Assembly: GCA_023261815.1 (NCBI GenBank)
Contig: JALNKA010000002.1
Location: 76,438-140,437 of the forward strand
Direction of reading: 5' to 3'
DNA: 64,000 nt
From: Candidatus Wolframiiraptor sinensis
GTDB lineage: Archaea > Thermoproteota > Nitrososphaeria_A > Caldarchaeales > Wolframiiraptoraceae
This document shows positions 49,842 to 60,044 of the stretch, piece by piece. The position numbers and the translations under genes are program-made. Under the pieces are notes generated by a model, which saw only the letters and a program-made list of their open reading frames with translations, did no database searches and was not told the DNA's origin. The stretch's first letter is position 1. The number at the start of each line of letters is the position of its first letter.

Positions 49842-50195
49842 CTAAAGCTCCCGCTGCCTCTTCTTGATGAGGTCTCCGAGGCTCACTCCGCCGGAGGCTC
49901 CGGGCTTAGCTAGATACCTCCTGAGCTCCGAGGATGGCTCCTCTTCAGCCGGCACCAGAAGCCTTATCTTCAGGAACCTCTCGAGCTTTCTCGCGAGCTC
50001 TATTGATGGCCTGAGCTCGCCGTGCTCGATCTTCTTTATCACGGTCGCCTTCTCGCCTATCTGGCTGGCCAGCTCCTCCTGTGTCAAGCCCATTCGAGAC
50101 CTAGCTTCCTTAACAAGCTCACCATAATTCTCGACGAGCTCGAGGTCCTCGCCTGGCAAAGATCCACCGAGCCGTCTAGCTCTCCCCATATTCAA
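49842..50195 (-). CDS. HTH XRE-family DNA-binding protein (MBF1-like)
   Basis: cro/C1-type HTH (MGLTQEELASQIGEKATVIKKIEHGELRPSIELARKLERFL). Confidence 0.55.
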   Translation of the reverse strand: MNMGRARRLGGSLPGEDLELVENYGELVKEARSRMGLTQEELASQIGEKATVIKKIEHGELRPSIELARKLERFLKIRLLVPAEEEPSSELRRYLAKPGASGGVSLGDLIKKRQREL

Positions 50196-50280
50196 GCTAT
50201 GGTGTCATCGATTCGCTAATAAGTCTAGCCCAAATAATGGATTATGTTAATAAGGGAGGTCGTGGCGGGTCTCGGGCAGG

Positions 50281-50793
50281 ATGGGCGATCCGAAGAGACC
50301 TAGGAAGCAGTATGAGACTCCGAGTCATCCCTGGAAGGCAGATAGGCTGGCCGCCGAGCTACAACTCGTCGGAGAATATGGCTTAAGAAATAAGAGAGAG
50401 CTATGGAGAGCTCAGACGATATTGAGGAAGATCAGGGCCCATGCTAGGAGGCTATTCGGCTTAACCGGCGAGGAGCGGGCCAAAGAAGAGCGCATCCTCA
50501 TGGGAAGGCTTTACAGGATGGGGCTCGTCGACGAGAATGCTACGGCCGACGACGTCCTAAAGCTGACCGTGAGAGACATTCTTGAGAGAAGGCTTCAGAC
50601 AGTGATCTACAAGCTCGGGTTCGCGAGGACGATCTACCAGGCGAGGCAGCTTATCGTCCACGGCCACGTCTATGTTGGCGACAGGAAGGTGCGATCGCCC
50701 AGCTACCATGTGATGAGGGGCGAGGAGAGGCTTATCAGGGTCGCTCTACCAGTAGCCGCGCAAGCGAGCCAAGAGAAAGGTGAGGAGCGATAG
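50281..50793 (+). CDS. rps4: 30S ribosomal protein S4 (uS4)
   Basis: MGDPKRPRKQYETPSHPW N-terminus plus an S4 RNA-binding domain. Confidence 0.9.
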   Translation: MGDPKRPRKQYETPSHPWKADRLAAELQLVGEYGLRNKRELWRAQTILRKIRAHARRLFGLTGEERAKEERILMGRLYRMGLVDENATADDVLKLTVRDILERRLQTVIYKLGFARTIYQARQLIVHGHVYVGDRKVRSPSYHVMRGEERLIRVALPVAAQASQEKGEER

Positions 50794-50806
50794 CATCCAC
50801 CCTCGC

Positions 50807-51274
50807 TCAAGACCTCGCAATGTAGATCAGGTGCGGTAGAGCCTGGAGGAAGTTCTCTAGCGCGAGCCTCACCGCCGCCGGTGATCCGGGCAGACACATT
50901 ATGGCCTTTCCACGAGCTACTCCCATCACGGCTCTGCTAAGGATAGCAGCCGCGCCTATCTCCTGGAAGCTGAGCCAGCGGAAGAGCTCGCCAAAGCCCT
51001 CCACCTCCTTCTCGAAGAACGGCTTAACAGCCTCTATCGTCACATCTTTACTCGAGAAGCCGGTTCCGCCGATGAAGATTATCGCGTCCAAGCCCTCGCT
51101 CTCCAAAAGCTTCTCTAGAACTGTCCTCACGGCGCTGATATCGTCGTCCACGAGCTCCCTGACCGCGACCACGTGGCCGACCCCGCTTATCATTGCGGCC
51201 GCGAGGCCCTGCGACTCATCCGTGTAAGGCTTGCCCTCGCGCATCGCGGCATATCTCGAGCTGCTGACAGTCAC
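50807..51274 (-). CDS. moaB: Molybdenum cofactor biosynthesis protein MoaB/MogA family
   Basis: IIFIGGTGFSSKDVTIEA and GSP.A motifs. Confidence 0.85.
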   Translation of the reverse strand: MTVSSSRYAAMREGKPYTDESQGLAAAMISGVGHVVAVRELVDDDISAVRTVLEKLLESEGLDAIIFIGGTGFSSKDVTIEAVKPFFEKEVEGFGELFRWLSFQEIGAAAILSRAVMGVARGKAIMCLPGSPAAVRLALENFLQALPHLIYIARS

Positions 51275-51337
51275 TAGGGCGAATCTTAGAGTTCTGGGCG
51301 CGCGGCTCTCGTGCTCATGAACAGGCGAGGCCAGGAT

Positions 51338-51781
51338 TCACCCCTCCTTAATCTTCTCCACGACCTTTATCGACGAGATCTCGGTGGATGGATACTGCCC
51401 CGACTCATCCTTTTCATACCTCTTGACGACGTCCCATATGTTGAGGAGGGCTATTGAGGCGGCGGTCAAGGCCTCCATCTCGACGCCGGTCTTCTCGTGC
51501 GCGAGGACCCTAACAACAACCTCAACGCCATCATCCATCACGTTAAGGTTCACGTCAACGTGCTCCAGCTTTAGCGGGTGGCATAGGGGGAGCAGAAGCG
51601 GGGTGAGCTTCGCGGCATTTATCCCAGCGAGCCTCGCGACCTGGAGCGGGTCACCCTTCTCCAAGTCCCCGGACCTGATTCTTCGAATCGTCTCGGGCTT
51701 GAGCCTGATAAACCCCCTTGCAACCGCCTCTCTCCTAACAACATCCTTCCCCGATATGTCCACCTGCCTTATCTCCGCCAT
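51338..51781 (-). CDS. moaC: Cyclic pyranopterin monophosphate synthase MoaC
   Basis: MoaC pattern (RLK.ET...I..G.L.KGD.L..A...GI.AAK.T..L.PLCH, GVEMEALTA). Confidence 0.9.
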   Translation of the reverse strand: MAEIRQVDISGKDVVRREAVARGFIRLKPETIRRIRSGDLEKGDPLQVARLAGINAAKLTPLLLPLCHPLKLEHVDVNLNVMDDGVEVVVRVLAHEKTGVEMEALTAASIALLNIWDVVKRYEKDESGQYPSTEISSIKVVEKIKEG

Positions 51782-51837
51782 ATCTGGTCCGAGCGATGAT
51801 GGCCGCGCCGGGTTAATTACCCTTCCGCGCAGAGGCG

Positions 51838-52377
51838 ATGGAAATACTCTTAAAGAATCTAGTAGATCCTCATCCGATGAAGATACTTTACGCTCCCTGG
51901 AGAATCGCCTACATAAAGTGGTTCTCTAAGAAGGAGAGAGAGTGCTTTCTCTGCGATGCCTCACGCGAGGAGGATGATGCGAGGAGCCTCATCGTCTACA
52001 GGGGCCGCTCATGCTTTGTGATCCTCAACAAGTACCCCTACAATAATGGCCACCTGATGATAGCGCCATGCAAGCATGCAGGGAAAATCTCGGATCTCGG
52101 GGATGATGAGTTGCTCGAGCTCATTGAGCTCCTCAAGCTCTCTATTGCAGCATTGGAGGCGGAGTATAAGCCCGATGGATTCAATGTTGGGCTGAATCTG
52201 GGGAGGGCCGCGGGAGCCGGGCTCGAGGAGCACATCCACCTCCACGTTGTACCGAGATGGTTTGGAGACACGAACTTCATGCCCGTTCTGGCAGACACGA
52301 AGGTGGTTCCCGAGTCTCTGGAGGAGAGCTGGAGAAAGCTCAGAGACCGGTTTCGGAGCCTGAAGCCCTCATCCTGA
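51838..52377 (+). CDS. HIT (histidine triad) family hydrolase
   Basis: HIHLHVVPR histidine triad; 179 aa. Confidence 0.85.
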   Translation: MEILLKNLVDPHPMKILYAPWRIAYIKWFSKKERECFLCDASREEDDARSLIVYRGRSCFVILNKYPYNNGHLMIAPCKHAGKISDLGDDELLELIELLKLSIAALEAEYKPDGFNVGLNLGRAAGAGLEEHIHLHVVPRWFGDTNFMPVLADTKVVPESLEESWRKLRDRFRSLKPSS

Positions 52378-53431
52378 CCGCGTCATAGTGGGGCGAGGAT
52401 GGATTGGCTATGAGCGAGACCCTGCTCGGCCTATCCTCCGCGAGATACTCGTATCCCAGAGCATCGGCGAGCTTCATGGCGAAAGGCCTAATTTCGTCAA
52501 GAGATGGCATCGCCTCTCTCCCCATTCTCATCTGGGACTCGCCGACGTGCATGTAGCCTTTACACTCGATGAAATCTGGCTCAGCAATCCTAATGAGCTC
52601 CGCATATTTTTCGGGATGTTCAATGGTGTAGCCGTTGATCATTATGAGCCTCACGACCTTCACGGATTCTTGAAACTCATTCATGGCTTCAAGGCTCCTC
52701 ATCAGCCTCTCCCAGCTATCCGCGATCAATGGTCTGCAGACCCTCCTATGAGTCTCTGGATCAGGTCCGTAAAGGCTGATGTACAGGTTTGTTGGCTCGG
52801 CGCTCTGCTCCATGAGCTCTCTAAGCCTCTCGGGGTTAGTGCCATTCGTAACTAGGAAGGCGGTCATACTCCTGGATTTGATCAGCTTTATCAGGTCGGC
52901 GAGATAAGGATACATTGTCGGCTCGCCGTCGAGGGAGATCGCGACGTGCCGCGGCTCCAATGCCTCCTGGAAAAGCTTCCTATCAACGATCGGATTACCC
53001 TTGAAACCGGAAAGGAGCTGCCTCTGCTCGCGAATCAAGTCATCGAGTATGTCCTCCGGCCTATCCCACTCCTCCCTAATGCCCGTTACGCGGTTTATCG
53101 TGTGATGCCTCCAGCAGAAGATGCACATCATGTTGCAATACTGGAGCGCTGGGGTCATCTGAAGGCATCTATGGCTTCGAATGCCATACCACGTCTTATA
53201 GCAGTTCTTGCCACCCCTTAAGACGCTCCTCGTCCAGTGGCATATCTTGACGGCTGAGTGCCTTCCCACGATCCTGTAACCTACTCTCCTCAGCCTCGCG
53301 AGCTCAGCCTTCACGATCTCAACAGGCTCCGCGGGCATGGATCCCGGTAATCCCGCCACCGCATTCACGAGTAGGCTCAGAACTTCATAAATATGTTCCA
53401 GAGCCGGTGATCCGGGCGTGCTGGAGAGCAA
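52340..53431 (-). CDS. taw1: Radical SAM 4-demethylwyosine synthase (TYW1/Taw1)
   Basis: KICHWTRSVLRGG.NCYK..YGI.SHRCLQMTP and the CNMMCIFCWR radical-SAM cluster. Confidence 0.85.
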   Translation of the reverse strand: MLSSTPGSPALEHIYEVLSLLVNAVAGLPGSMPAEPVEIVKAELARLRRVGYRIVGRHSAVKICHWTRSVLRGGKNCYKTWYGIRSHRCLQMTPALQYCNMMCIFCWRHHTINRVTGIREEWDRPEDILDDLIREQRQLLSGFKGNPIVDRKLFQEALEPRHVAISLDGEPTMYPYLADLIKLIKSRSMTAFLVTNGTNPERLRELMEQSAEPTNLYISLYGPDPETHRRVCRPLIADSWERLMRSLEAMNEFQESVKVVRLIMINGYTIEHPEKYAELIRIAEPDFIECKGYMHVGESQMRMGREAMPSLDEIRPFAMKLADALGYEYLAEDRPSRVSLIANPSSPHYDAVRMRASGSETGL

Positions 53432-53463
53432 AATATATGAGCGGCGAGCCCCATGTGCGAGCT

Positions 53464-54249
53464 ATGTCCAGCCTGAAGAGGAAGCTCAGAAGCGGGGAGA
53501 TAGCTCTCGGGACTTGGATAACGATAAACCATCCGGATATCGTTGATGCTTTATCAGAGCTCCCGCTAGACTGGCTCGTCTTCGATATGGAGCACGCGCC
53601 CCTCGAGATATCGGATGCCGAGATTCTGCTCATGCCCCTCAGGGGATCAGACATCTCGCCTATAATCAGGGTTCCATGGAATGATATGGTGATCATAAAA
53701 CGGGCACTGGACATAGGGGCCGAGGGAATACTTGTCCCGTGGATCAATAGCCGGGAGGAGGCTGAGAAAGCTGTCAGCTACGCATCCTACCCTCCGAGGG
53801 GGCTTAGGGGCGTCGGGCCTAGGAGGGCCGTGAGATACGGCCAGAGAAGTTTCCTAGACTATTACGAGAACTTCGAGAAGAATGAGCGGATAATTATAGT
53901 GCAGGTAGAGACTAGGAAAGCGCTGGAGAACTTGGATGAGATCCTCTCGACGCCGGGAATAGACGTGGCATACGTGGGCCCTATGGATCTATCGGTCAGC
54001 CTCGGAATACCCATGAGATTCAGCGACGCGAGGTTCCAGGATGCTCTGAAGAATGTTAGGGATGCTTGCGAGAGGCACGGCGTTACGCCCGGGATACACG
54101 CGTTCAGCCCGGAGCAAGCTCAAGAATTCATCTCCCAGGGCTTCAGGTTCGTCGCATTAATGTCCGATCTCGGGCTCATGAGAAGAAGTCTCGCCAGCGC
54201 GCTCGCAATGTTAGGTAGGATGAAGGAGGAGGTTAAAGTCGGATACTGA
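53464..54249 (+). CDS. HpcH/HpaI aldolase family protein
   Basis: HpcH/HpaI TIM-barrel pattern (GTWITINHPDIVDAL...DMEHAP...IRVP, VQVET). Start chosen at the ATG at 53464; the track ORF starts at 53407. Confidence 0.8.
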   Translation: MSSLKRKLRSGEIALGTWITINHPDIVDALSELPLDWLVFDMEHAPLEISDAEILLMPLRGSDISPIIRVPWNDMVIIKRALDIGAEGILVPWINSREEAEKAVSYASYPPRGLRGVGPRRAVRYGQRSFLDYYENFEKNERIIIVQVETRKALENLDEILSTPGIDVAYVGPMDLSVSLGIPMRFSDARFQDALKNVRDACERHGVTPGIHAFSPEQAQEFISQGFRFVALMSDLGLMRRSLASALAMLGRMKEEVKVGY

Positions 54250-54265
54250 GTCTCGGACAGCCCCC

Positions 54266-55279
54266 TTAATCCAGTTTCCCCTCCTTGATCGCCTTCAGCA
54301 ATTTTCTCTCGACCTTGACTAAATCGCTTGACCCGAAGATTTCCTTGAGCCTATTCATCAGTATCATCCCAGAGTATTTCTCCTCGGCAAACTCTCTCGC
54401 GAACTCGCCGCTCCAGATTTCATCAGCCTCGCTTTCAACAATTTCCCTAATCACGTCATAATATCTCCTTATCCTAGTTAGCTGGCCGTATTGGCTGGTC
54501 CTAGAATGATGCTTCAGCTGCTCTATTAAGCCCTCCTCGGCCATGGCCCTGGCCTGCTCGGCGAGCTCTCCCGAAGCGTAAAGCTCTAGAATCGTGGCCT
54601 CGGGTGATGCCCCGTAAATTTTAGTCGCGACCTCGAAGTAGGCTATGATAGAGGCTATGAGAAGCGGGATATACGTGTGCTCGCTCAGAAGATCCAAGAA
54701 CGCCTCCTCTTCGAAGGATGACTTGAGCGCGGCTCCTCCAGGAAGCCCTATCGCCCCGATGCCCTTCGCGAGGGCCAGAGCATAATCCCATGCCCTCCCG
54801 GATGCATTTTGCGCGACGCCAAGCAGGACAGGGTATCCGAGCCCCAGCCTGTGCCTCTCGAGGATTCCCCAGGCGAACATCCTCGGAGCCACCATCACGA
54901 CATCGGCGCTTGGCGCCGGCTTGATCAGCCCATATGCTATGTTGTAGCCGCTCGCGAAATCCAGTATAAAGAAGCTCTTCCTCCTCAACTCCTCATCGAT
55001 CTCGCTGTAATAGACTTCGGGGGCAACCTCATCCGGAACCAGCAGCAGCGCGGCGTCGGCTCTTCTAACCGCCTCCCTTATCTCGTAAACCTTGAAGCCG
55101 TCGCTCTCAGCTCTCCTCCAATACTCATCCCTCACATTGCCGACTATAACGTTCAAGCCATTCTCTCTGAGGATTTTCGCCTGAACGCTACCCTGATTAC
55201 CATACCCGATGACGGCTATCGTTAGATCCCTGAGCAAGCTCAGGTCTCCATCAAAGAGCAACTCGGCCACATCGATCAC
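54266..55279 (-). CDS. ilvC: Ketol-acid reductoisomerase (class I)
   Basis: IAVIGYGNQG NADPH-binding motif and the KARI C-terminal knotted domain. Confidence 0.9.
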   Translation of the reverse strand: MIDVAELLFDGDLSLLRDLTIAVIGYGNQGSVQAKILRENGLNVIVGNVRDEYWRRAESDGFKVYEIREAVRRADAALLLVPDEVAPEVYYSEIDEELRRKSFFILDFASGYNIAYGLIKPAPSADVVMVAPRMFAWGILERHRLGLGYPVLLGVAQNASGRAWDYALALAKGIGAIGLPGGAALKSSFEEEAFLDLLSEHTYIPLLIASIIAYFEVATKIYGASPEATILELYASGELAEQARAMAEEGLIEQLKHHSRTSQYGQLTRIRRYYDVIREIVESEADEIWSGEFAREFAEEKYSGMILMNRLKEIFGSSDLVKVERKLLKAIKEGKLD

Positions 55280-55280
55280 C

Positions 55281-56288
55281 TCAGAGAATCTTCACCTCAC
55301 TCAGCGGCCTGACTTTCATGACCTCTGGGTTGAACAGGTTCTCGGGCTTCTCCCCTCTAAGGACCTTTATTATGCCGGTTGCGGTGAGCTCGGCCATCTT
55401 ACTCCTAGTCTCATGAGAGGCGCTTCCGATGTGCGGCGTGAGGACGACGTTCTCAAGCTTCAGGAGCGGGTCATCGGGATCTATCGGCTCCTTCTCGAAG
55501 ACATCAAGCCCGGCGCCGGCGATCCAACCCTCCTTCAAAGCCCTGAAAAGCGCCCTTTGATCGATCACCGGGCCGCGAGAGGTGTTAACGAGGATCGCGG
55601 TCCTCTTCATGAGCCTGAGCTCCCTCTCGCCGATGAGTCTCCTCGTCTCAGGCGTTAATGGAACGTGGATCGAAACGTAGTCCGATTCCCTCAGGAGTCT
55701 CTCTAGCGGAGCATACTCCACGCCGAGCTCCTCCTCAACCTCCCTCATCCTGACGACATCATAATAGAGGACCTTCATGTTGAAGCCCTTAGCCCTTCTT
55801 GCTACAGCCTGCCCAATTCTCCCGAGGCCTATTATCCCGAGAACCTTCCCATAGACATCATATCCGAGCATCATCGTGGGCGCCCACGGGATCTTCCAAT
55901 CACCCCTCCTTATGCAGGAATCCCCTTCAACGATTCTTCTGGCAGCCGCGAGTAGGAGCGCCCACGTGTGATCCGCCACGGTCTCCGTCAAAACACCGGG
56001 AGTATAAACGACGTATATCCCCTTCTCAGTCGCGTAATCGACATCTATGTGATCGACGCCGACGCTCATCGTCCCGATTACCCTGAGCTTTTCAGCCCTA
56101 TCGATCAACTCCCTATCAATGGTCTCGCTCAGCGTGCAATAGATGGCATCAGCATCTTCGATCATCTTGAGAAGCTCATCTCTAGTCGGCGGAGGAGCCT
56201 CATCCCTATATACGACCTCGCAATACTCCCTCAGAATCTTCACCCCTATCTCCGGAATCCTGCGAGTAATATACACCCTCGGTCTCAT
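55281..56288 (-). CDS. gyaR: D-isomer-specific 2-hydroxyacid dehydrogenase (glyoxylate/hydroxypyruvate reductase-like)
   Basis: GIIGLGRIGQAVARRA NAD-binding motif and a catalytic R...E...H pattern. Confidence 0.9.
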   Translation of the reverse strand: MRPRVYITRRIPEIGVKILREYCEVVYRDEAPPPTRDELLKMIEDADAIYCTLSETIDRELIDRAEKLRVIGTMSVGVDHIDVDYATEKGIYVVYTPGVLTETVADHTWALLLAAARRIVEGDSCIRRGDWKIPWAPTMMLGYDVYGKVLGIIGLGRIGQAVARRAKGFNMKVLYYDVVRMREVEEELGVEYAPLERLLRESDYVSIHVPLTPETRRLIGERELRLMKRTAILVNTSRGPVIDQRALFRALKEGWIAGAGLDVFEKEPIDPDDPLLKLENVVLTPHIGSASHETRSKMAELTATGIIKVLRGEKPENLFNPEVMKVRPLSEVKIL

Positions 56289-56323
56289 TGTATGCCACCT
56301 TCAATAACTCGCGGATATAAGCG

Positions 56324-57142
56324 TTAACCCCAGAGATCCAGAATTTCTTCGAGGATCTTCCTGCTCGAGGCCGCGATGACGCCGTATTTCCCGGTATCCA
56401 GTAATGATGGATTGTCCTTGCCGAGGATCTTGTAAGCGCCTCCAGCCCACTTCAATAAGTGCACGGACGCGGCGAAATCCATGAGCTTAAGATCCCTTGA
56501 GAAGCATGCGAAGGCATCAGCTCTTCCCTCCAAGATATACGCTATCTCAAGGCTGGCCGCGGCGAAGAACCTAGTATTCTTAGCTCTCCTAATCAGCCTA
56601 ATGCTCAGCTTCGTCGGATCATAAGAATCCTCAGAATCCTTCGTTAAGCTTGCTAGATCTAGGAATACCAACGCGTCCGAGAGTCCGAGTCTTCTCCTGA
56701 TGCGTGGAGATTCACCGTTTACGCTAACCCCATCCTCATCTCCTAGATAAATTTTCTCGGAGAAATGGTCTATCACGCCAGCTACGATGGCGTCCGATAA
56801 GTATGGCCCCTTGGCGAGCAGGATCGCGGATGCACAAAAAGGAAGCCCATTAGCGACATTATTGCTACCATCAACGGGATCGATCAGCGCATAAATCTCC
56901 GGATCGCGGCACTGGATCTCTCCAACTTCCTCGGAGATTATGTAAGCATTTTCAAGAGACGATTTCAGATGGCCTATAATCGCCTCCTCTGTTATTAGAT
57001 CAAATTGATGTGAATGATCCCCGAAGCTCCCTCGCCCCTTCACTCTGGTTAAGCCTCTGGCGATGCAATTCATTAGAGCATCATGGCCCCTTAGAAGTGC
57101 CTCTCGAATGATATTCTTAAGCACTGAGCGCGGAGGGCTCAT
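56324..57142 (-). CDS. Inositol monophosphatase / fructose-1,6-bisphosphatase family protein
   Basis: IDPVDGSNN metal-binding motif; 272 aa. Confidence 0.8.
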   Translation of the reverse strand: MSPPRSVLKNIIREALLRGHDALMNCIARGLTRVKGRGSFGDHSHQFDLITEEAIIGHLKSSLENAYIISEEVGEIQCRDPEIYALIDPVDGSNNVANGLPFCASAILLAKGPYLSDAIVAGVIDHFSEKIYLGDEDGVSVNGESPRIRRRLGLSDALVFLDLASLTKDSEDSYDPTKLSIRLIRRAKNTRFFAAASLEIAYILEGRADAFACFSRDLKLMDFAASVHLLKWAGGAYKILGKDNPSLLDTGKYGVIAASSRKILEEILDLWG

Positions 57143-58296
57143 GAGCGTGCTCCTCCAAAGGCGTCCCTGACCATTTGCTCCACATCCTCTCTGCTCAGAG
57201 GGGCCGCGTAGTTCTCAACATTCCTTCTATAGGATAATCCTTCTTCGACGATTCTCTCCAGCTCCGATTCCGGGATCCCGGCTTCAAGTAGATTCATTGG
57301 AAGCCCGGCATAGTTGCGCAGCTCATCCAGCCTTCGCACGAGAGCCCTTGAACACTTCGCCGCATCATCGGATGATATTCCAAGCCCTTGGCATAATGAG
57401 ATCAATCTTTCGGGAAGCCTCTCCGCGGAGTATCTTATGAGCTGTGGTAGGAAAAGAGCATTAGCTAGGCCATGGGGAACGCCATATTTCTCGGTTAGAT
57501 AGTATCCGAGCCCATGAACCACGACTGTTCCGGATAGGTTTATCGCCAAACCCGCGACCATGCTAGCATAGAATAACTTCTCCCTGCAAAGAGGATCACC
57601 ATCATAAGCTCGCGCAAAATTCTCGAGTATCATTTTCAACGCCTCCGCCGAGAACATGTAAGTTGGCTCATTCGACTTGATGTGAAAATATGATTCAATG
57701 GCGTGCGAAAGGGCGTCCATGGCCGTATGGGCTAGGACCTCGCGCGGTAGATAGCTCAGAACCTCGGAATCGAGTATGGCCGCGATGGGGACCAAGTTAT
57801 CACCCAAAACTACATTCTTCCTATACTCATAACTGATGACGGCGTACTTCGTTACCTCACTCCCTGTGCCGCATGTTGTTGGAATAGCGATCACGGGCGA
57901 GACATCGTGCTTGACCTCAACCGGATAAAAGTAGTCCCTTATGCTTTTACCGCTCATCGCTACGACGGCTACGCCTTTAGCGGTATCCAAGGCGCTTCCA
58001 CCTCCAAATCCAACCACAAAATCCACCTCACGCTCTGCCGCGATTCTTCCAGCCTCATCCACGATGCTCGCGGATGGATTGGGCTCAACTCTATCGAAAA
58101 CTATAACCTCTTTCACGCCAGCGGATTCGAGAAGTCCCTTGAGCTTATCCAGATACCCCGAGCTTCTCGCGAATCTTTTACCGGTAATCAGCATACACCT
58201 GCCACTTAAACCCAGATCGGATATTATCTCCGGAATCTTCTCAATCCCTCCTCTTTCAAAGAGTAGCTTTCTCGGAAATGCTCCGGAGAAATTCAT
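57139..58296 (-). CDS. Iron-containing (group III) alcohol dehydrogenase family protein
   Basis: GFGGGSALDTAKG and the HxxxH metal-site pattern; 385 aa. Confidence 0.85.
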   Translation of the reverse strand: MNFSGAFPRKLLFERGGIEKIPEIISDLGLSGRCMLITGKRFARSSGYLDKLKGLLESAGVKEVIVFDRVEPNPSASIVDEAGRIAAEREVDFVVGFGGGSALDTAKGVAVVAMSGKSIRDYFYPVEVKHDVSPVIAIPTTCGTGSEVTKYAVISYEYRKNVVLGDNLVPIAAILDSEVLSYLPREVLAHTAMDALSHAIESYFHIKSNEPTYMFSAEALKMILENFARAYDGDPLCREKLFYASMVAGLAINLSGTVVVHGLGYYLTEKYGVPHGLANALFLPQLIRYSAERLPERLISLCQGLGISSDDAAKCSRALVRRLDELRNYAGLPMNLLEAGIPESELERIVEEGLSYRRNVENYAAPLSREDVEQMVRDAFGGARS

Positions 58297-58349
58297 GAAT
58301 CAATCTGGCCCAGGATTTTTGATACCGCTATTTCTACATTTCGCATTTT

Positions 58350-59219
58350 TCACCGAGGCCCAGAGTGTCTCAGGACCATATCGCCCACTCCAACTCCTAA
58401 AACCTCGGCAATAACAGGGCATTTAACGATCAGTAAAAAGAAAGACCCGGCCTCATCCTCGAAAATCTCGAAGTTCGCCTGACCCTTAAAGATCACGAGA
58501 TCATGTTTCTCAATCCACTCTTTAACCTCATCGCTTCTGAAGCTTGGCGCGCTTCCGCTTCCATCACCTATTAGCATGAAAGAGGAGTTCCAGATATTAT
58601 CGATGCCGATTTCCTTCGCGTCCTTCAGAGTGACGTCATTTACGAGCGGTTTTTCCTTAACCACTAATCTCACTTCCTCAAATGGCATTCCCCTAACCTC
58701 TATCATGGTCTCGATTAGAAGTCTATCAAATACTGCTTCACCAGCGTTGTCGAGAAAGTAGAGTAATGAGCTTGATTTCATAACAGCCCTTCTAAAAATC
58801 TCGTAATCTTTTATTACGAGATCTTCGGAAGCCTTCCTAAATGGTTGCTCTAGATCGACCTTATCATAGGGGCCGAAGTCTATGAGGTTCCCTGCTATGG
58901 CGAGCCTCACAGCAGCCTCCAGCGGATCAGCAGCGCTCCTCACACTCGCCTTCAAATCCGCATAATGCTTCAAAACAGCCGAATTGCTCTTCCTCTTAAT
59001 CTCCTCATATGGGTCCTTGACCCTGGTTACCTCCTCAATGACCCGCTGGGCGATGTAAGATAAGTCAATGGGCGCTTCATCCCAAGTAATGTTGCTGAGC
59101 CTGCGAGCCAGCTCGCACACCGCTAAGCGTTGAAGCCTGAGATTTTGCGTCGCAAGCTTCACCATTCTAACTCCTGTTGAAAGCGTGCATGGAAGGCACT
59201 CCAGCCTAATCCTGAGCAT
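58350..59219 (-). CDS. DUF89 family protein (ARMT1-like damage-control phosphatase family)
   Basis: N-terminal CLPCTLS and the DNAGE..FD pattern. Confidence 0.75.
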   Translation of the reverse strand: MLRIRLECLPCTLSTGVRMVKLATQNLRLQRLAVCELARRLSNITWDEAPIDLSYIAQRVIEEVTRVKDPYEEIKRKSNSAVLKHYADLKASVRSAADPLEAAVRLAIAGNLIDFGPYDKVDLEQPFRKASEDLVIKDYEIFRRAVMKSSSLLYFLDNAGEAVFDRLLIETMIEVRGMPFEEVRLVVKEKPLVNDVTLKDAKEIGIDNIWNSSFMLIGDGSGSAPSFRSDEVKEWIEKHDLVIFKGQANFEIFEDEAGSFFLLIVKCPVIAEVLGVGVGDMVLRHSGPR

Positions 59220-59230
59220 TTGACCACCCC

Positions 59231-59545
59231 CTACCTCCTCCTAATCGCCTTTTTCTCTAACGCCCTCCTAGACCTCTCATAAAGCTTGGGCCAAGCCTTA
59301 GCAATCTCCCTTTCAACAACCCTAGCCAGAAATTCACTTATACTAAACCTGGGCACAGCGCTCTTCCAGTAGTTCAGGACGCAGCTAGCAACTGGGGAAT
59401 AGAAAGCAAGCCTGGGCTGATCCATGGCCCTCTCCACAGCCTCCCTGAAAAGCCTCTCATCAACCTTCTCAAGCCTCCCTGAACGCCTCCTCCCCCCAGC
59501 CTTTCTCCCAGCCTCCTCACGCTCACTCTCACGCTCGACACTCAA
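59231..59545 (-). CDS. Small basic protein, possible ribbon-helix-helix DNA-binding protein
   Basis: Arg/Glu-rich N-terminus; the C-terminal RFSISEFLARVVEREIAK resembles an RHH strand-helix. Confidence 0.3.
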   Translation of the reverse strand: MSVERESEREEAGRKAGGRRRSGRLEKVDERLFREAVERAMDQPRLAFYSPVASCVLNYWKSAVPRFSISEFLARVVEREIAKAWPKLYERSRRALEKKAIRRR

Positions 59546-60032
59546 AACCTTTCACCACAATAAGATTTACCATCAAACATTTAACATAAAAATTTTACTT
59601 TAAACAACATTAATCCCGAAAAATATACAATCCCAAATGAATGGAAATAATTCAGCCCACACCAATCCCATAACAATGGGATTAGCCGCCACAACCAACC
59701 ACAAAATACGCCTAACCCCCCACTTCATCTTATAAAGGAAGGCATTCACGCAACGAGGATCGGTTCCAAATCGGCTGGGGGTCGTACGGTTGTAACAGTA
59801 ATTCCGGTTAAATGGGATTATAACCGATGTCGCGCTATGCGCGCCTATTTTGCTCATCGAATTAAGTTTACCATTTATGGTTAAAGATTTTTCTTAAACG
59901 GTAAACCTTTTCTAATTTTGCATCATCTTCAATTTACTATGTCTTGCATGCGATGTCTGGGGGGTTGGCGAGGGGTCTGTGGAGGTTTGCCTGGGTTGAG
60001 TTTTTCTGGGCTTTGGAGGGGGTTATTGGGCA

Positions 60033-60044
60033 TAATATATTAAG
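60033..60044 (+). promoter_or_regulatory. Putative TATA box for the EF-2 gene
   Basis: ataatatattaa lies about 40 nt upstream of the ATG at 60080. Confidence 0.3.

Noticed and set aside
59600-59857. 85-aa minus-strand ORF in the AT-rich region upstream of EF-2
   Set aside because: Low-complexity, with no start context or conservation signal. It is more likely non-coding, though a tiny membrane peptide cannot be fully excluded.
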